DNA from: the human T2T-CHM13v2.0 reference genome, Homo sapiens
Assembly (NCBI RefSeq): GCF_009914755.1
Contig: NC_060938.1
Length of the DNA stretch: 64,000 nucleotides
Direction: 5' to 3' (one strand)
Below the pieces are notes generated by a model. It did no database searches. It had not been told where the DNA came from and saw only the letters and a program-made list of their open reading frames with translations. The translations under genes were made by a program, and so were the position numbers. Of this stretch, positions 30,698-44,040 are shown piece by piece. How positions within the stretch are numbered: position 1 is the stretch's first letter; each line of letters starts with the position of its first letter.

Positions 30698-32799
30698 TAT
30701 GGACATTCTTGCAGGAGTAAGGTGGTATCAGATTGTGGCCTTGATTAGCATCATTAGTAATCTTGAGCATTTTTTCATATGATTGTTGGCCATTTGCATA
30801 TCTTCTTTTGAAAATTGTCTATTCATGTTCTTAGCCCACTCTTTGATGGGATTTTTTCTTGCCTATTTGAGTTCTTTGTACATTCTGGATATTAGTCCTT
30901 TGTTGGATGTATAGGTTTGAGAAGATGTTTTTCCTATTCAGTGGGTTGTTTGTTTACTCTGCTGATTGTTTCTTTTGCTGTTCAGAAGCTTTATAGTTTA
31001 AGTCCCGTCTATTTATCTTTGTCTTGTTGCATGTGCTTTTGGGTTCTTTGTCATGAAGTCTTTGCCTAAGCCAGTGTCTAGAACGGTTTTTCTGATGAAA
31101 TCTTCTAAAAATTTTATGGTTTTGGGTCTTAGATTTAAGTCCTTGAACGAACTTTTCTTATAAGGTGAGAGATGAGGATCCAGTTTCATTCTTCTATATG
31201 TGGCTAACCAATTATCCCAGCACCATTTGTTGAACAGGGTGTCCTTTTCCCACTTTATGTTTTTGTTTACTTTGTCAAAGATCAGTTGGCTGTATTTGGC
31301 TTTATTTCTGGGTTATCTATCCTGCAGCATTTGTCTACATGCCTATTTTTATGCCAATACCATGCTGTTTTGGTGTATATGGTCTTATAGTATAGTTTGA
31401 AGTCAGTTTAATGTGATTCTTCTAGATTTGTTGTTTTTGCTTAGCCTTGCTTTGGCTATGTGGGATCTTTTTGGGTTCTGTATGAATTTTGTGATTGTTT
31501 TTCTAGTTCTATGAAGAATGGTGGTGTTATTTTGACGGGAGTTGCATTGAATTTGTAGATTGTTTTTGGCAGTATGGTCATTTTCACAATATTGAATCTA
31601 CACATTCCCCAGTATGGGATGTGTTTCCAATTGTTTCTGTCATCTATGATTTCTTTCAGCAGTGTTTCATAGTTTTCCTTGTGGAGGTCTTTTGCCTCTT
31701 TGGTTAGGTATATTCCTAAGTATTTTAATTTTTTGCAGCTATTGTAAAAAATGTTGAGTTCTTGATTTGATTCTTAGCTTGGTTGCTGTGGCTGTATAGC
31801 AGAGCTACTGAATTATGATAATTAATGTATTGTGAAACTTTGCTGAATTTATTTATCAGTTCTAGGAGCCTTTTGGAACAGCCTATAGAGTTTTCTAGGT
31901 ATACAATCATACCATCAGCAAACAGCAGCAATTTGACTTCCTCTTTACCAATTTGGATACCCTTTATTTCTTTCTCTTGTCTGATTGCTCTGGCTATTAT
32001 GTTGAATAGAAGTGGTGAGAGTGGGCATCCTTGTCTTGTTCCAGTTCTCATGGAGAATGCTTTCAGCTTTTCCCTGTACAGTATTATGTTGGGCATGGGT
32101 TTGTCATAGATGACTTTTATTACATTAAGGTCTTCTATGCCAATTTTGCTGAGGGTTTTAATAATTCTCCCAGCAATCTTCTAACCTTCACTCCTAAATA
32201 TTCCTTCATTTCAAATGGTTAAATATGTAATGGTATTTTTTCTTCTGTAGAGCCCTTAAGTGGTCTTTCATATCCCAGCAGCTTATTCAGATATTTTGTT
32301 AAGCAAAGGGTTTTTTTCCCTTTGAAAAGTTTAGTGCCAGAAAGTAAAATAATACCTTTACCTTTTGCCCCAGGACACGTATAAAGGTAGGGGGAGGGTT
32401 TGCTGTATGTGTATTTGTGTGTCATTTCAACTTGGAATCAATGCAGGATTGGTAGCACTTCATTTTGAATTAGTTTGTTTCTGTACAAAGAAAACAAAGG
32501 AGATTACTATATTCTTTCCCAATTTACATTCTCTACTCCCTAGAGGCTATTTCTACGTCCTTGCTATTTTTAACAGAAATGCATAAACTATGGGTTGAAA
32601 GGAAATGTACCAATTTTTTAAAGATTTATTTTTTGGTAGTAATATAATGAATATTTTTCTTATTTTATACACTGTTTCTCAGTATTTTCTAAATTTTTAT
32701 AGTAACCGTATGTATAATTAGAAAAAAACTTCAAAACTAAGATGAACAGAAGTTACAGAAGGACATTGTCTAATAAACTATCATAAAGTAAACCTTTTA

Positions 32800-35700
32800 A
32801 AATAATTTATCTTTAATTTTTTGGATAAATAGTAGGTGTATATTTATGGAGAATATGAAATATTTTGGTACAGACATGCAATATGTAATAATAACATCAT
32901 GGAACATTGGGTATCCATTCCCTCTAGCATTTATCTTTTGTGTTACAAACAATCCAACTATACTATTTTAGTTGTTTTAATATGTATAATTAAATTATTA
33001 TTGAATATAGTCCCTATGTTGTGCTATCAAATAATAGGTCTTATTTATTTTCTTTCTATTTTTTGTACTCATTAACATTCCCTACCTCATTATCACACCA
33101 CTTCACTTCCCTTCCCTTCCAAGCCTCTGGTGCCCATCCTTCTATTCTCTATTTCCAAGAGTTCAATTGTTTAGCATTTAGATTCCACAAATAAGTGAAA
33201 ACATGCAATGTTTATCTTTCTGTGATTGGCTTATTTCACTTTGCAAGATGACCTCCAGTTCTATCTATGTTGATGCAAATGAGAAAATATTATTCCTTTT
33301 CATGGTTGAATACTAATCTATTGTATACAACTACCATACTTATTTTACTCATTCATCTGCTGATGGACATTAAGGTTGCATTCAAATCTTGGCTATTATG
33401 AATAGCAGCGCAACAGAAATGAGAGTGCAGATATCTCTTTGATATACTAATTTACTTGATTTTGGATATATACCTACCACCTCCAGTGAGATTGCTGGAT
33501 TGATCATGTGTTTTTTTGTTTTTTTTTTGGATCGATCATGTGTTAACTCTATTTTTAGTTTTTTGAGGAACTTCCAAAACATTCTCCATAGTGGTTTGAC
33601 TAATTTACATTCCCACCAACAGTGTACAAGGGTTCCCTTTACTTCACATCTTTGCCAGCATTTCTTATTGCCTCTCTTTTGGATAAAAGCCATTCTAACT
33701 GGAGTGAGATGATATCTCATTGTAGTTTTGATTTGCATTTCTCTAATGATCAATGATGTTGAGCACCTTTTCATATACCTATTTGTTATTTGTATGCCTT
33801 CCATTGAGAAATGTCTATTTACATTTTTGTCCCTTTTTAATCAAAATGTTAGATTTTTTTTCTATAGAGTTGTTTGTGTTCCTTCTATATTCTAGTAATT
33901 AATCCCTTGTGAGATGGGTAGTTTGCAAATATTGTCTTCCATTCTGTGGGTTGCCTCTTTACTTTGCTGCTTCTTTCCTTTGCTGTGCAGAAAGCTTTTA
34001 AACTTAATATGATTCCATTTGTTCAATTTTGGTTTTGTTGCCTGTGCTTTTAGAGTATTACTCAAGAAATTTTTGCCCAGGCCAATGTCCTGGGGAGTTT
34101 CCTCAAAGTTTTCTGGTTTTAGATTTAAGTTTTTATTCATTTTTATTGAATTTTTGTATATGGCTAGAGATAGTAGTCTAATTTTCTTCTTCTGCATGTG
34201 GATATCCAGTTTTCCCAACACGATTTGTTAAAGAGACTCTTTTCCCCACTGTATGTTCCTGGCACCTTTGTTGACAGTGAGGTCACTGTAGGTATGTGGG
34301 TTGGTTTCTGGATTCTCTATTCCGTTTAATTTTTCCATGTGTCTGTTTTTATGTCAGTACAATGCTGTATTGCTTACTATAGTAAGCAATATGGTAAGTT
34401 GCTCTATAGTATAATTTGAAGTCAGGTAATGGGATTCCTCCAGTTTTGTTCTTTTTTCTTAGGATAGCATTGGCTATTCTGGGTCTCTTGTGGTACCACA
34501 TATTTTAGGATTGTTATTTCTATTTCTGTGAAGAATGTGACTGGTATTTTGATAGGGTTTTCATTAAATCTGCAGATTGCTTTGGGTAGTTTGGACATTT
34601 ATAACAATATTGATTCTTCCAATCCATGAAAATAAAATATCTTATTATATTTTGTGTCCTCTTCAATTTTTTTCATCAGGGTTTATAGTTTTCATTGTAG
34701 AGATCTTTGGTTAATTCCTAGGTATTTAATTTTATTTGTGACTATTATAAATGGGATTACCTTCTGATTTCTTTTTCATATTGTCCACTGTTGGCATACA
34801 AATATGCTACTGATTTTTGTATGTTAATTTGTTTTCTGCAACTTCACTAAATTTTTTATCAGTTGTAATAGATTTTTTGTGAAGTCTTTAGGTTTCTCCA
34901 AATATAATACCATCTTCAAACAATGATAATTTGATTCTTCCTTTCCAATTTTCATGCCCTTTCTTTCTTTTTCTTTATTATTATACTTTAAGTTCTAGGG
35001 TACGTGTGCACAAAGTGCAGGTTTGTTACATATGTATACATATGCCTTGTTGGTGTGCTGCACCCATTAACTCGTCATTTACATTAGGTATATCTCCTAA
35101 TGCTATCCCTCACCGCTCCCCCAACCCCACGACAGGCCCCAGTGTGTGACGTTCCCCACCCTGTGTCCAAGTGTTCTCATTGTTCATTTTCCACTTTATG
35201 AGTGAGAACATGCAGTGTTTGGTTTTCTGTCCTTGCGATTGTTTGCTCAGAATGATGGTTCCCAGCTTCATCCATGTACCTACAAAGGACATGAACTCAT
35301 CCTTTCTTATGACCGCATAGTATTCCATGGTGTATATGTGCCACATTTTCTTAATCCAGTCTATCATTGATGGACATTTGGGTTGGTTCCAAGTCTTTGC
35401 TATTGTGAATAGTGCCGCAATAAACATATGTGTGCATGTGTCTTTATAGCAGCATGATTTACAATCCTTTGGGTATATACCCAGTAATGGTATGGCTGGG
35501 TCAAATGGTATTTCTAGTTGTAGATCCTTCAGGAATCGCTACATTGTCTTGCACCATGGTTGAACTAGTTTACAGTCCCACCAACAGTGTAAAAGTGTTC
35601 CTATTTCTCCACATCCTCTCCAGCACCTGTTGTTTCCTGACTTTTTAACGATCGCCATTCTAACTGGTGTGAAATGGTATCTGATTGTGGTTTTGATTTG

Positions 35701-38185
35701 CATTTCTCTGATGGCCAGTGATGATAAGGACTTTTTCATGTGTCTGTTGGCTGCATAAATGTCTTCTTTTGATAAGTGTCTGTTCATATCCTTTGCCTAC
35801 TTTTTGATGGGGTTGTTTGATTTTTTTCTTGTAAATTTGTTTAAGTTCTTTGTAGATTCTGGATATTAGCCCTTTGTCAGATGGCTAGATTGTGAAAATT
35901 TTCTCCCATTCTGCAGGTTGCCTGTCCACTCTGAATTTGATCCTGTCATTATGATGTTAGCTGGTTATTTTGCTCATTATTTGATGCAGTTTCTTCCTAG
36001 CCTTGATGGTCTTTACAATTTGGCATGTTTTTTGCAGTGGCTGATACCAGTTTTTCCTTCCCATGTTTAGTGCTTCCTTCAGGAGCTCTGGTAAGGCAGT
36101 CCTGGTGGTGACAAAATCTCTCAGCATTTGCTTGTCTGTAAAGGATTTTATTTCTCCTTCACTTATGAAACTTAGTTTGGCTGGATATCTTTCTCTTATC
36201 TGATTGCTATTCTATATTGAATAACAGTCGTGACTGTGGGCATCCTTGTCATGGTCCAGATCTGCAGTGAAGGGCTTTCAGTTTTTCCTCATTCAGTACA
36301 ATATTAGCTGTGAGTCTGTCATATATGATTTTCATTATATTGAGGTAAGTTCCTTTTATATTGCTTTTTTGAGGGTCTTTATGAAAGGATGTTGAACTTT
36401 TTCAAGTGCATTCTCGGCATCAATTGAAATGATCATATAGTTTGTGTCCTTTATTAATTTGTTAATATAATGTATCACATTAATTGATTTGCATATGTTG
36501 AATTATGCTTGCATCCTGGGATAAATCAGACTTGGTAATGATGAATGATTGTATAAGGTATTGTTGAATTTGGTTTGCTATTAAATATCATTTTGTTGAA
36601 AATATTTGCATTAATGCTCATCAGAGTTATTGGCTTGTAGCTTTATTTTTTTTGATGTGCCTTCATCTGGTTTTGGTATCAGGGTAATCCTGGCCTTCTA
36701 GAAGGAGTTTGGAAGTATTCTCTCTTTCTCTATTATTCAGAACAGTTGGTTATGATTGGTATTAGTTCTTCTTTAAATGTTTGGTAGAATTCAGCAGTGA
36801 TGCCAACAGGTCTCAGGCTATTTTTCCTGGGAAACTGTATTACAGCTTTAATTGTGTTACTTGTTATTGGTCTGTTCAGGTTTTGGATTTAATGGTTCTA
36901 TCTTGGTAGGTTATATGTGTCTATAAATTTATCCATTTATTCCAGATTTTTCAATTTATTGGCAGATAGTTGCTCATAGTAGACACTAATAAACCTTTGA
37001 ATTTTTGTAGTATCAATTGTAAAGTGTCTTTTTTCATCTCTGATTTTATTTCTTTGGGCATTCTCTTTTTTTTTTTTCTTAGTCTATATAAAGTTTTGTC
37101 CATTTTGTTTATCTACTTAAAAAGTCAACTTTTTGTTTCATTGATCTTTTGTATTGTTTTCTTCATTTCAAATTTATTTATTTCTGCTCTGATATTTATC
37201 ATTTCCTTTCTCCTACTAATTTTAGGTTTTGTGTGTTCTTGCCTTTCTTGTTCTTTAAGATGCATCATTTGGTTATTTAAAGTTTTGCTTCTTTTTCAAC
37301 ATAGACCCTTATAGTGATAAATTCTCTCTCAGTTCTGCTTTGCTGAATCTCACAGGTTTGGGTACATTTTGTTTTCACTATATTTGCTTCAAAATATTTT
37401 TCAAGTTTTTCTTAATACCTTCATTGACTCATTTGTCATTCAGGAGCATATTGTTTAATTTCCATATGTTTGTATAGTTGCAAGAATTTATCTTGTTATT
37501 TATTTGTAGTTTTATTCCATTGTGATCTGAGAAGATGCTTGATATTATTTCAATTATTTTGAATGTTTAAAGACTTGTTTTATGGCCTAACATATAGTAT
37601 CCTTCAGAGTGATTCATGTGATAAGGAGAAAATGTTTATTCTGCAGCCATTGGATGAAATGTTGTATAAATAACTATTAGATCTGTTTGTTGTATAGTGA
37701 TGATTAAGTCCAAAATTTCTTTGTTGATTTTTCTATCTGAGAGATGTATCCAGTGCTAAATGTGAGGTGTTGAACTCTCCAGCTATTAATGTATTGAGGT
37801 CTAGCTCTCTCTTTAGCTTTAAAAATATTTGCTTTATATACTTATATGCTCAAATGTTGGATGCATATACAGTTCCAATCATTATCTCCTCTTGCTGAAG
37901 TGACTCCTTCATCAATATATGATAATCTACTTTGTCTTTTATTCTATTTTTTGCCTGGAAATCTATTTTTTCTGATATAAGTATAGCCACTCTTTCTCTT
38001 TATTGGTTCCTGTTGACATGAAACATCTTTTTTCATCTTTTTTTTCAGTCTGGGTGTGTCTTTATAGGTGAAGTGTGTTTCTTGTAAGCAATAGATCATT
38101 GAATCTTGTTTTATCATCTATTCAGTCCATTAATGTCTTTTGATTAGAGAGTTTAGTTCATTGACATTCAATGTTATCATTCATA
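32800..38185 (-). mobile_element. L1MA (L1MA2/3-like) with 3' UTR and nearly all of ORF2, interrupted by L1PA
   Basis: Antisense L1MA 3' UTR; ORF2 fragments 33382-33804 and 33892-34221; continues to the EN start near 38180. Confidence 0.85.
34965..36188 (-). mobile_element. L1PA (L1PA4/5-like) with ORF1 end fused to ORF2 C-terminus
   Basis: 3' end 34965-35934 (ORFs 35110-35427, 35539-35787) directly joined to antisense ORF1 end/ORF2 start (atttgatcctgtcattatg). Confidence 0.88.
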
Positions 38186-38229
38186 TACCTTCATTATTGA
38201 GAGCATATGTGTATGGCATCTTGAAAAAT

Positions 38230-39420
38230 AAACCAAGTTTTCAGTATGTTCTCTTTCAACTGGTGCTGTAATTGAGTCTTTGGTATTCTATTAGGCTATT
38301 GCTCCATTCTCTCATGTCAGCATCTTCAAATGATTTAGTAAGACTAGTGAATTCCATAGGCAGGTGCCAACTGTAACACTTACTTTGATATGAAATGAAT
38401 TCCTTGACAAAAGCAACTTTGGGTGGAATTCTAGAACAAAAGCCATTCCCTAAGTCCACAGATTTTGATACTGGCAGAAGAATTATGGTCATGAAATAAA
38501 TAACAATAGAGGAACTATCTATTTATTTTAATGAAGCAAAGTAGTTGACATCTCTATGCCTGGAAGGAATTTAGGGTAATCATTGTATCACTAGAGGCCT
38601 GGATAGTTCCTCAAGGGAATTATGCCATACTAGTAGCTCTATATCAGCACAGCATTTGTCTCTGCTCTTGGAAGTTCATCTACTAAGCAGTGGTACTATC
38701 CAGATCAGACTTGATGAGGAAAGTCTACTGTTGTTGAGTTCATATAACTCCAACTCTATTTTTGTGACCATGCCATACTTGAATTCATTCATTCATCAAG
38801 CACCAGAAAGGCTGGAGAAAGAGGCTTACTGATGTCCACAGAATACACACACACACACCCACACACACACACCCACGCCACCTTTTCACATTGTCAGGAA
38901 CATTCAAGTGAAAACAAAAATCTTAATATCTTTTGCCCTTTTCTAATAATGTATATTTATGCCTCTTTCAAATTGCCAATCTTCCATCCTGTTCTTTCCA
39001 GTTCCTGACCATGAGACCAAGCCATTAGCCATCACATATTAATTTGTGCAAATCCATATGTATAACCATTCTTCAGTATAAAGTAGATAACAAAATACAT
39101 TCCACTCAGTTCTGTCTATTAGTAACATTTCTCTTCATCACTGTCTTTCAGGGAAGCTCTTGATTGACAACTCTCTAATGCTGGTAGGTACAAGTATCTC
39201 ATTAAAGTAAAAGTTATTAAAACAGCAAAATGGTTTTCTCATCAATCATCTGGTGCTTATGTTCTTTCAATGAGGTTGTAGATGTGATTGAAGGAGAGGA
39301 GAGGATGAAGCAAGTGTAAGTATTCTAGGAGTCTCAGCTACCTGTTCATGCAACTCTCCTGTGCCTGAGATCTGTTGGAGCTGAGATTCTCATATTCTCT
39401 TTGTACTTAATGTCAAACTG
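38230..39420 (-). mobile_element. ERVL internal pol (RNase H/integrase) remnant
   Basis: Reverse complement resembles HERVL-type pol, e.g. tattctgtggacatcagtaagcctctttctccagcc and tagactttcctcatcaagtctgatctgg. Confidence 0.7.
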
Positions 39421-39699
39421 GTTAGGCTATGCATGGTTAACCTTTTGGGTTGCTCAGTTAGATAACATGCACTTTATGATGAGTCACTGAAATCCATTTA
39501 TTATTTCATGTCATGTGCTAAGATATTCAGTCTCTTTTAGGGTCTTCAAAACAAGACAGAAGTCGTTTTTCACAAAAAGAATCTTCAGAAAGGTTTCATG
39601 ATTTTGCAGAGTCTCAGTCCCAGAATCACAATGCATAATTTAGAGAAAAAGATTTGGAAGTGAGAGATAATTTAAATAGCACAGATATTCTGTGAGAAA

Positions 39700-40125
39700 A
39701 ATAAGGTAGGTTGAGCTAGTATCATAAAGATCCTTGTGAAACTTAAAAAATAATTTAACTTTATTTTCTAGTAAATAATTAGGCTCCAAAATGGGTGAAG
39801 TTAGGGAGTAACATAAAGCATTTGCTTTTTAAAAAGATAAATCTGGCAGTATGATTAATAATAGATTTGGGAGCGAGGACAGTACTAGAGCCAGGAAGTC
39901 TAGTTAAGTTGTTTTTGCAATAGATCAAGACAGAGATGATAGGGGAATAAAAGGAGCATAGGCACAGGAGGTGAAGGAGGTAGACTAAAACACAGAGAAG
40001 TTTGAGTTCACAGCATTTCATGTGTATTTGTATATGGACTGTGAGGGAGAAATTAAAAATTAAGATAATATTCAGATCTAGTTCTTGTTTGGATAGTAAT
40101 TGTATTGTTTTAGAGACAAACAAAA
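39700..40125 (-). mobile_element. L2 fragment
   Basis: ORF 39779-40123 contains LIYCKNNLTRLPGS...SIINHTARFIF, matching the L2 ORF2 motif LDYCNSLLxGLP...AARxIF. Confidence 0.7.
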
Positions 40126-40162
40126 CTCATTTTAAGATATTTCACAGAGATTGAAAGATCTA

Positions 40163-40636
40163 TGTGGTAGACAGAATGATGGCCTCCCCAAAGATATCAA
40201 AGTCCTAATCCCTAGGACCTGTGAATATCTTACTTTACTTGGCAAAAGGGACTTTGCAGATGTAATTTGGTTAAGAATCCTGCGATGGGAAGATTATTCT
40301 AAATTATTCAAGAGAGCCCAATGTAATCACAAGGGTCTCTATAAGAGGGAGTTAAATATCAGAGTTAGAGAAAACAGATTTGAAGTTGCTACACTGCTGC
40401 CTTTGAAGATGAAGGCAGAAGCCATGCACCAAGGAATACTGGCAATTCCAGAAGCTGGAAAAGGTAAGAAAACAGGTTTTCTGCTCAAACTTCCAGAAGG
40501 AATGCTGTCATGCTCACACCTTGATTTTAGCTCAGTGAGGCTTCTAACCTTAAAAATTTTAAGATAATAAATTTCTGTAATTTTAAGCCACTAAGTTTGT
40601 GAGAATTTGGTAAAATAGTGATAGAAAGTTACTATA
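40163..40636 (+). mobile_element. MLT1D-like MaLR solo LTR
   Basis: tgtggtagacagaatgatggcctccccaaagat...ttttaagccactaagtttgt. Confidence 0.85.
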
Positions 40637-40698
40637 ATCTGGAAGGATCATCAAGAACTAGAAAACCAATTCTTTTAGTCACAACTATGATTGTTAGA

Positions 40699-40800
40699 AA
40701 ATGTGAGAACACTACAATGCAAGCAGGCATTTACCAAGTTTCAGTTAATGTAAAGGTGGGAGAGATCATTTTATAGGAAGAATTTAGTTAGTAGTAAAGC
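40699..40800 (+). repeat. ~100-bp direct repeat, copy 1 (copy 2 at 43468-43566)
   Basis: aatgtgaga...caatgcaagcagg.attta.caagtttcagt...aaaggt...gggagaga...gaagaattta...agtagtaaag at both sites. Confidence 0.8.
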
Positions 40801-41193
40801 CTGAATAAATTTGAAGAAAATTTTATGGAGGAAAGGGTGAGTAGGAAGATGGAAAACAATGATACCGGTAAGAGAAAGGATAATGTAATGATGTGTTTCA
40901 TCTGTGAAATGACCAAAGACAGCAATAACTGTATATCATTGCATTGTTTTCAATAATGTTGTTACTTTCAGGTTTTTATTTTTAAAATTTTGCAACACAC
41001 TTGCCTAAAATAATTCTAAAAAACATAGTTGGAGATATTGTGTCATCATCTAATAGCTCATTTTATGTTTTTCCTTTTTTTTCTTTTTTTTCAGAAGGAA
41101 ATTTCAAGAAATGGCAAAGAAAATGACTAGACAAGAGAAAAAAAGGGCCCAAGTGACTTCTTAGCATAACGAAAAGTACAGGGATAGTTTTTA

Positions 41194-41535
41194 TTATTTT
41201 ATTATTTTTATTTTTATTTATTTATTTAATTTATTTTATTTTATTCTATTTTTATTTTATTTTGAGATGGAGCCTTGCTCTGTCACCCAGGCTGGAGTGC
41301 AGTGCATGATCTAGGCTCACTGCCGCCTTCACCTCCAGGGCTCAAGTGATTCTGTTGCCTCAGTCTCCCGAGTAGCTGGGATTACAGGTGCATGCCACCA
41401 CCTGGCTAATTTTTGTATTTTTAGTATAGATGGGGTTTCAGCATATTTTCCTGACTGGTCTCCAACTCCTGGCCTCAAGTTATTCTCTCGCTTCAGCCTC
41501 CCAAAGTGGTGGGATTGCAGCCATCGGGCCTGGCC
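41194..41535 (-). mobile_element. Alu (AluSz-like)
   Basis: Antisense Alu with long (tttta)n tail; TSD cagggata(g/c)ttttta. Confidence 0.92.
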
Positions 41536-41574
41536 CAGGGATACTTTTTAAAACACACACACTCACAGACAAAA

Positions 41575-43260
41575 CAATGGAACATTATCAGCACCCCATA
41601 TAACTTCCTCATGTTTATCATTATCCCTAAAAGATAACCAGTATTATGACTTCCATTGCTGGATTTATTGCTTTCTTTTGAGATTTATATAAATGAAATC
41701 ATCAGTATATATTATTTTGCAATGGGCTTATTTTGCTCATCTTATTTGTGAGATTCTTCTCAATTGTTAAATGTAATAGTAGTTTGTTTTTCCTGGTTTG
41801 GGGGCTTTTACAAATATTACTGATATAAACATTTCTATATATCTATTTTCACGTACAAATATAAATACAGCCACGCATTGCATAAGGAAATTTTGATCAA
41901 TTATGGATAGCATATACAAAAGTGGTCCCAAAAGATTATAATGCCATTTTGACTATACCTTTTCTATATTTAGAATGTTTAGATACACAAATATTATTGT
42001 GTTACAATTGCCTACAGTATTCATATGCCTTATAGACTAATTGTGTAGTAAGCTATGCGTCTAGGTTTGTGTAAGTACACCTTATGATGTCCACACAATG
42101 ACAAAATCGCCTAATGATGCATTTCTCAGAACATATCCCTGTTATTAAGTGACATATACCTGTACACATTTCTCCTGAATATGTACTAGATATAGAATTG
42201 TTGTGTAATAGAATATACACATTTTCAGATATAGTATACATTTCCAAAGAGTTTTCCAAAGTTGTATCAGTTTATATTCCCACCAGCATCATATGAGAAT
42301 GCTAGTTTCTCCACATCTTCAACAACAATTGTCAATACTGTTGTTGTTGTTAGTATTTCTGTTGGATGCATGGTGATATCATTTAATGGCTTTACACTTT
42401 CCTGATGAGTTAATCTTTCATGTGTTTATGAAAAAGGCATTGGGAGAATGCACAATGCCTTTGGGTATTATCTTTTGTAAATTACCTTTACAAGCCTTTT
42501 GTTACTTTTTAAAATATAGTAGCATTAACTTTTAAAAAATTCATTTTATGACATTTTATATACGCTTGACTAGTCTTGAGAAACTGTATTTCATATATAT
42601 AGCTTATGGACAATTTAACCCTGAATAATTCATCTTGTTTGTGCTCTATGGTTAATGGTTTTATGTCCAGTTTAAGAAATCTTTACTTTTTCTAAGGTAT
42701 TTAAGATATTCTCTTAGAAGTTTACTATTATTTTTAAATGTGTGCCTAAAATTTACCTGAAATTAATTTTTGTTTATAAAGTGAATTAAGATCTAAGGCT
42801 TATTTTATTTCCTATATGAATAGTTAATTGACCCAACATATTTATTAAAAAGACCATCGTTTCATTGCAGGGTTGCCTTTCCCAAAAGTGACATTACTAT
42901 ATGCATGTGGGTCTATTTCTGGACTCTAATCTGTCTCATTGGTCTATTTGCACAACCTTTAGCCCAAACATACCCTATCTGTATTGCTTTAGCCATATAA
43001 AAATTCTTAATTATCACATAATTTAAATCTATTAACGTTGTTCATCTTTATCAAGATAATCTGGGGTTATCTGAGCTCTTGGTCCATTTCATTACCAAAT
43101 ACATTTTAGAAGGAGCCTGTTAATATCCATACACACAAATACATATTCATACACACACATAATTACTGTGGTTTTGAATGTGATCAATTTAAGTATATAG
43201 AAAAGTTTGGATAGATTTGACATATTTCCAGCTAATGTTTTAGAAATGTAATTTCCAGTC
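41575..43260 (-). mobile_element. Ancient L1ME-type fragment, interrupted by Tigger3a
   Basis: Degenerate antisense 3' UTR/ORF2 (ttcccaccagcatcatatgag; gggtctatttctggactct). Confidence 0.65.
41868..42162 (+). mobile_element. Tigger3a (TcMar-Tigger MITE)
   Basis: cag...ctg termini flanked by TA; core gtttgtgtaagtacac...aaatcgcctaatgatgcatttctcagaac. Confidence 0.85.
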
Positions 43261-43467
43261 ATCATTCCGCTCTTTTTATGGGACCATTCTACAGCACCAT
43301 ATAGATATGAAGTTGCAAATGTAATGTCAAAGCACATCTTCTCAACATACTGTATAAAATGTAAAATTCAACCTAACCATATAATAGGATTGTTTGATTT
43401 AGTTTAGGATTGATTAGATTGGTTCATAGTATAATTACTAGGTTTAAATAAAAGCACAGTTTTAGGG

Positions 43468-43566
43468 AATGTGAGACTACTGCAATGCAAGCAGGAATTT
43501 ATCAAGTTTCAGTCAGTTTAAAGGTGTGGGAGAGAATTCATATGAAGAATTTAAGAAGTAGTAAAG
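43468..43566 (+). repeat. ~100-bp direct repeat, copy 2
   Basis: See 40699-40800. Confidence 0.8.
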
Positions 43567-43814
43567 TTGAAAAATTATAAATTTAAAACACTTGCATAGT
43601 AATCATATTGTACTCTTCAGATACTTTATGGTTTTGTTTCTTCCTTGTTTCCTCCTTCCCGTTTCTTTGTTCTTCCTTTTATACTGCCTCACTGTAGATT
43701 TTCTGAGTAATAGAAAGAATAACAAACTAGAAATCAGATAACCTGAATTGTCCTGGTCACATCTAAAGTCATAAGGTTTGTAGTAAGTCACCTAGCATTC
43801 TCTATTCAATTATT

Positions 43815-44040
43815 GGAGTTAAGAACATGGTCAATGAGGTTAAATTGCCTAGTTCAAACCTAGCTCCGCCACTTACAGCGAGGGAAGTTCTAGCAAATTA
43901 TTTTTCTTTCCTGCTCATTAATTCCTTCATCTGTAAAATAGAGATAACAATAACATCTAAAATTGCTATGGGGATTAAATGAGTTATACATATACACTCT
44001 TTTGAAGAATGCCTGTCTTATGTAAATATTATTATTTGTT
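43815..44040 (+). mobile_element. MIR
   Basis: agctccgccacttac and core ttcatctgtaaaatagagataac...ggattaaatgag. Confidence 0.8.

Larger units (their letters stand above)
29931..32165 (-). mobile_element. 5'-truncated L1PB1-like element
   Basis: Antisense 3' UTR taagttctttagtggtgatttctgag; RT ORF 31725-32096 ([15 protein letters not shown]...LLFADGM); TSD tctccctgctatctt / tctcccagcaatctt. Confidence 0.9.

Noticed and set aside
40151-40567. 138-aa ORF
   Set aside because: Lies almost entirely in an MLT1D-like LTR; chance open frame
41060-41160. Strong polypyrimidine/CAG acceptor followed by a possible short exon
   Set aside because: Only a weak donor and no transcript evidence; such motifs are common in T-rich DNA
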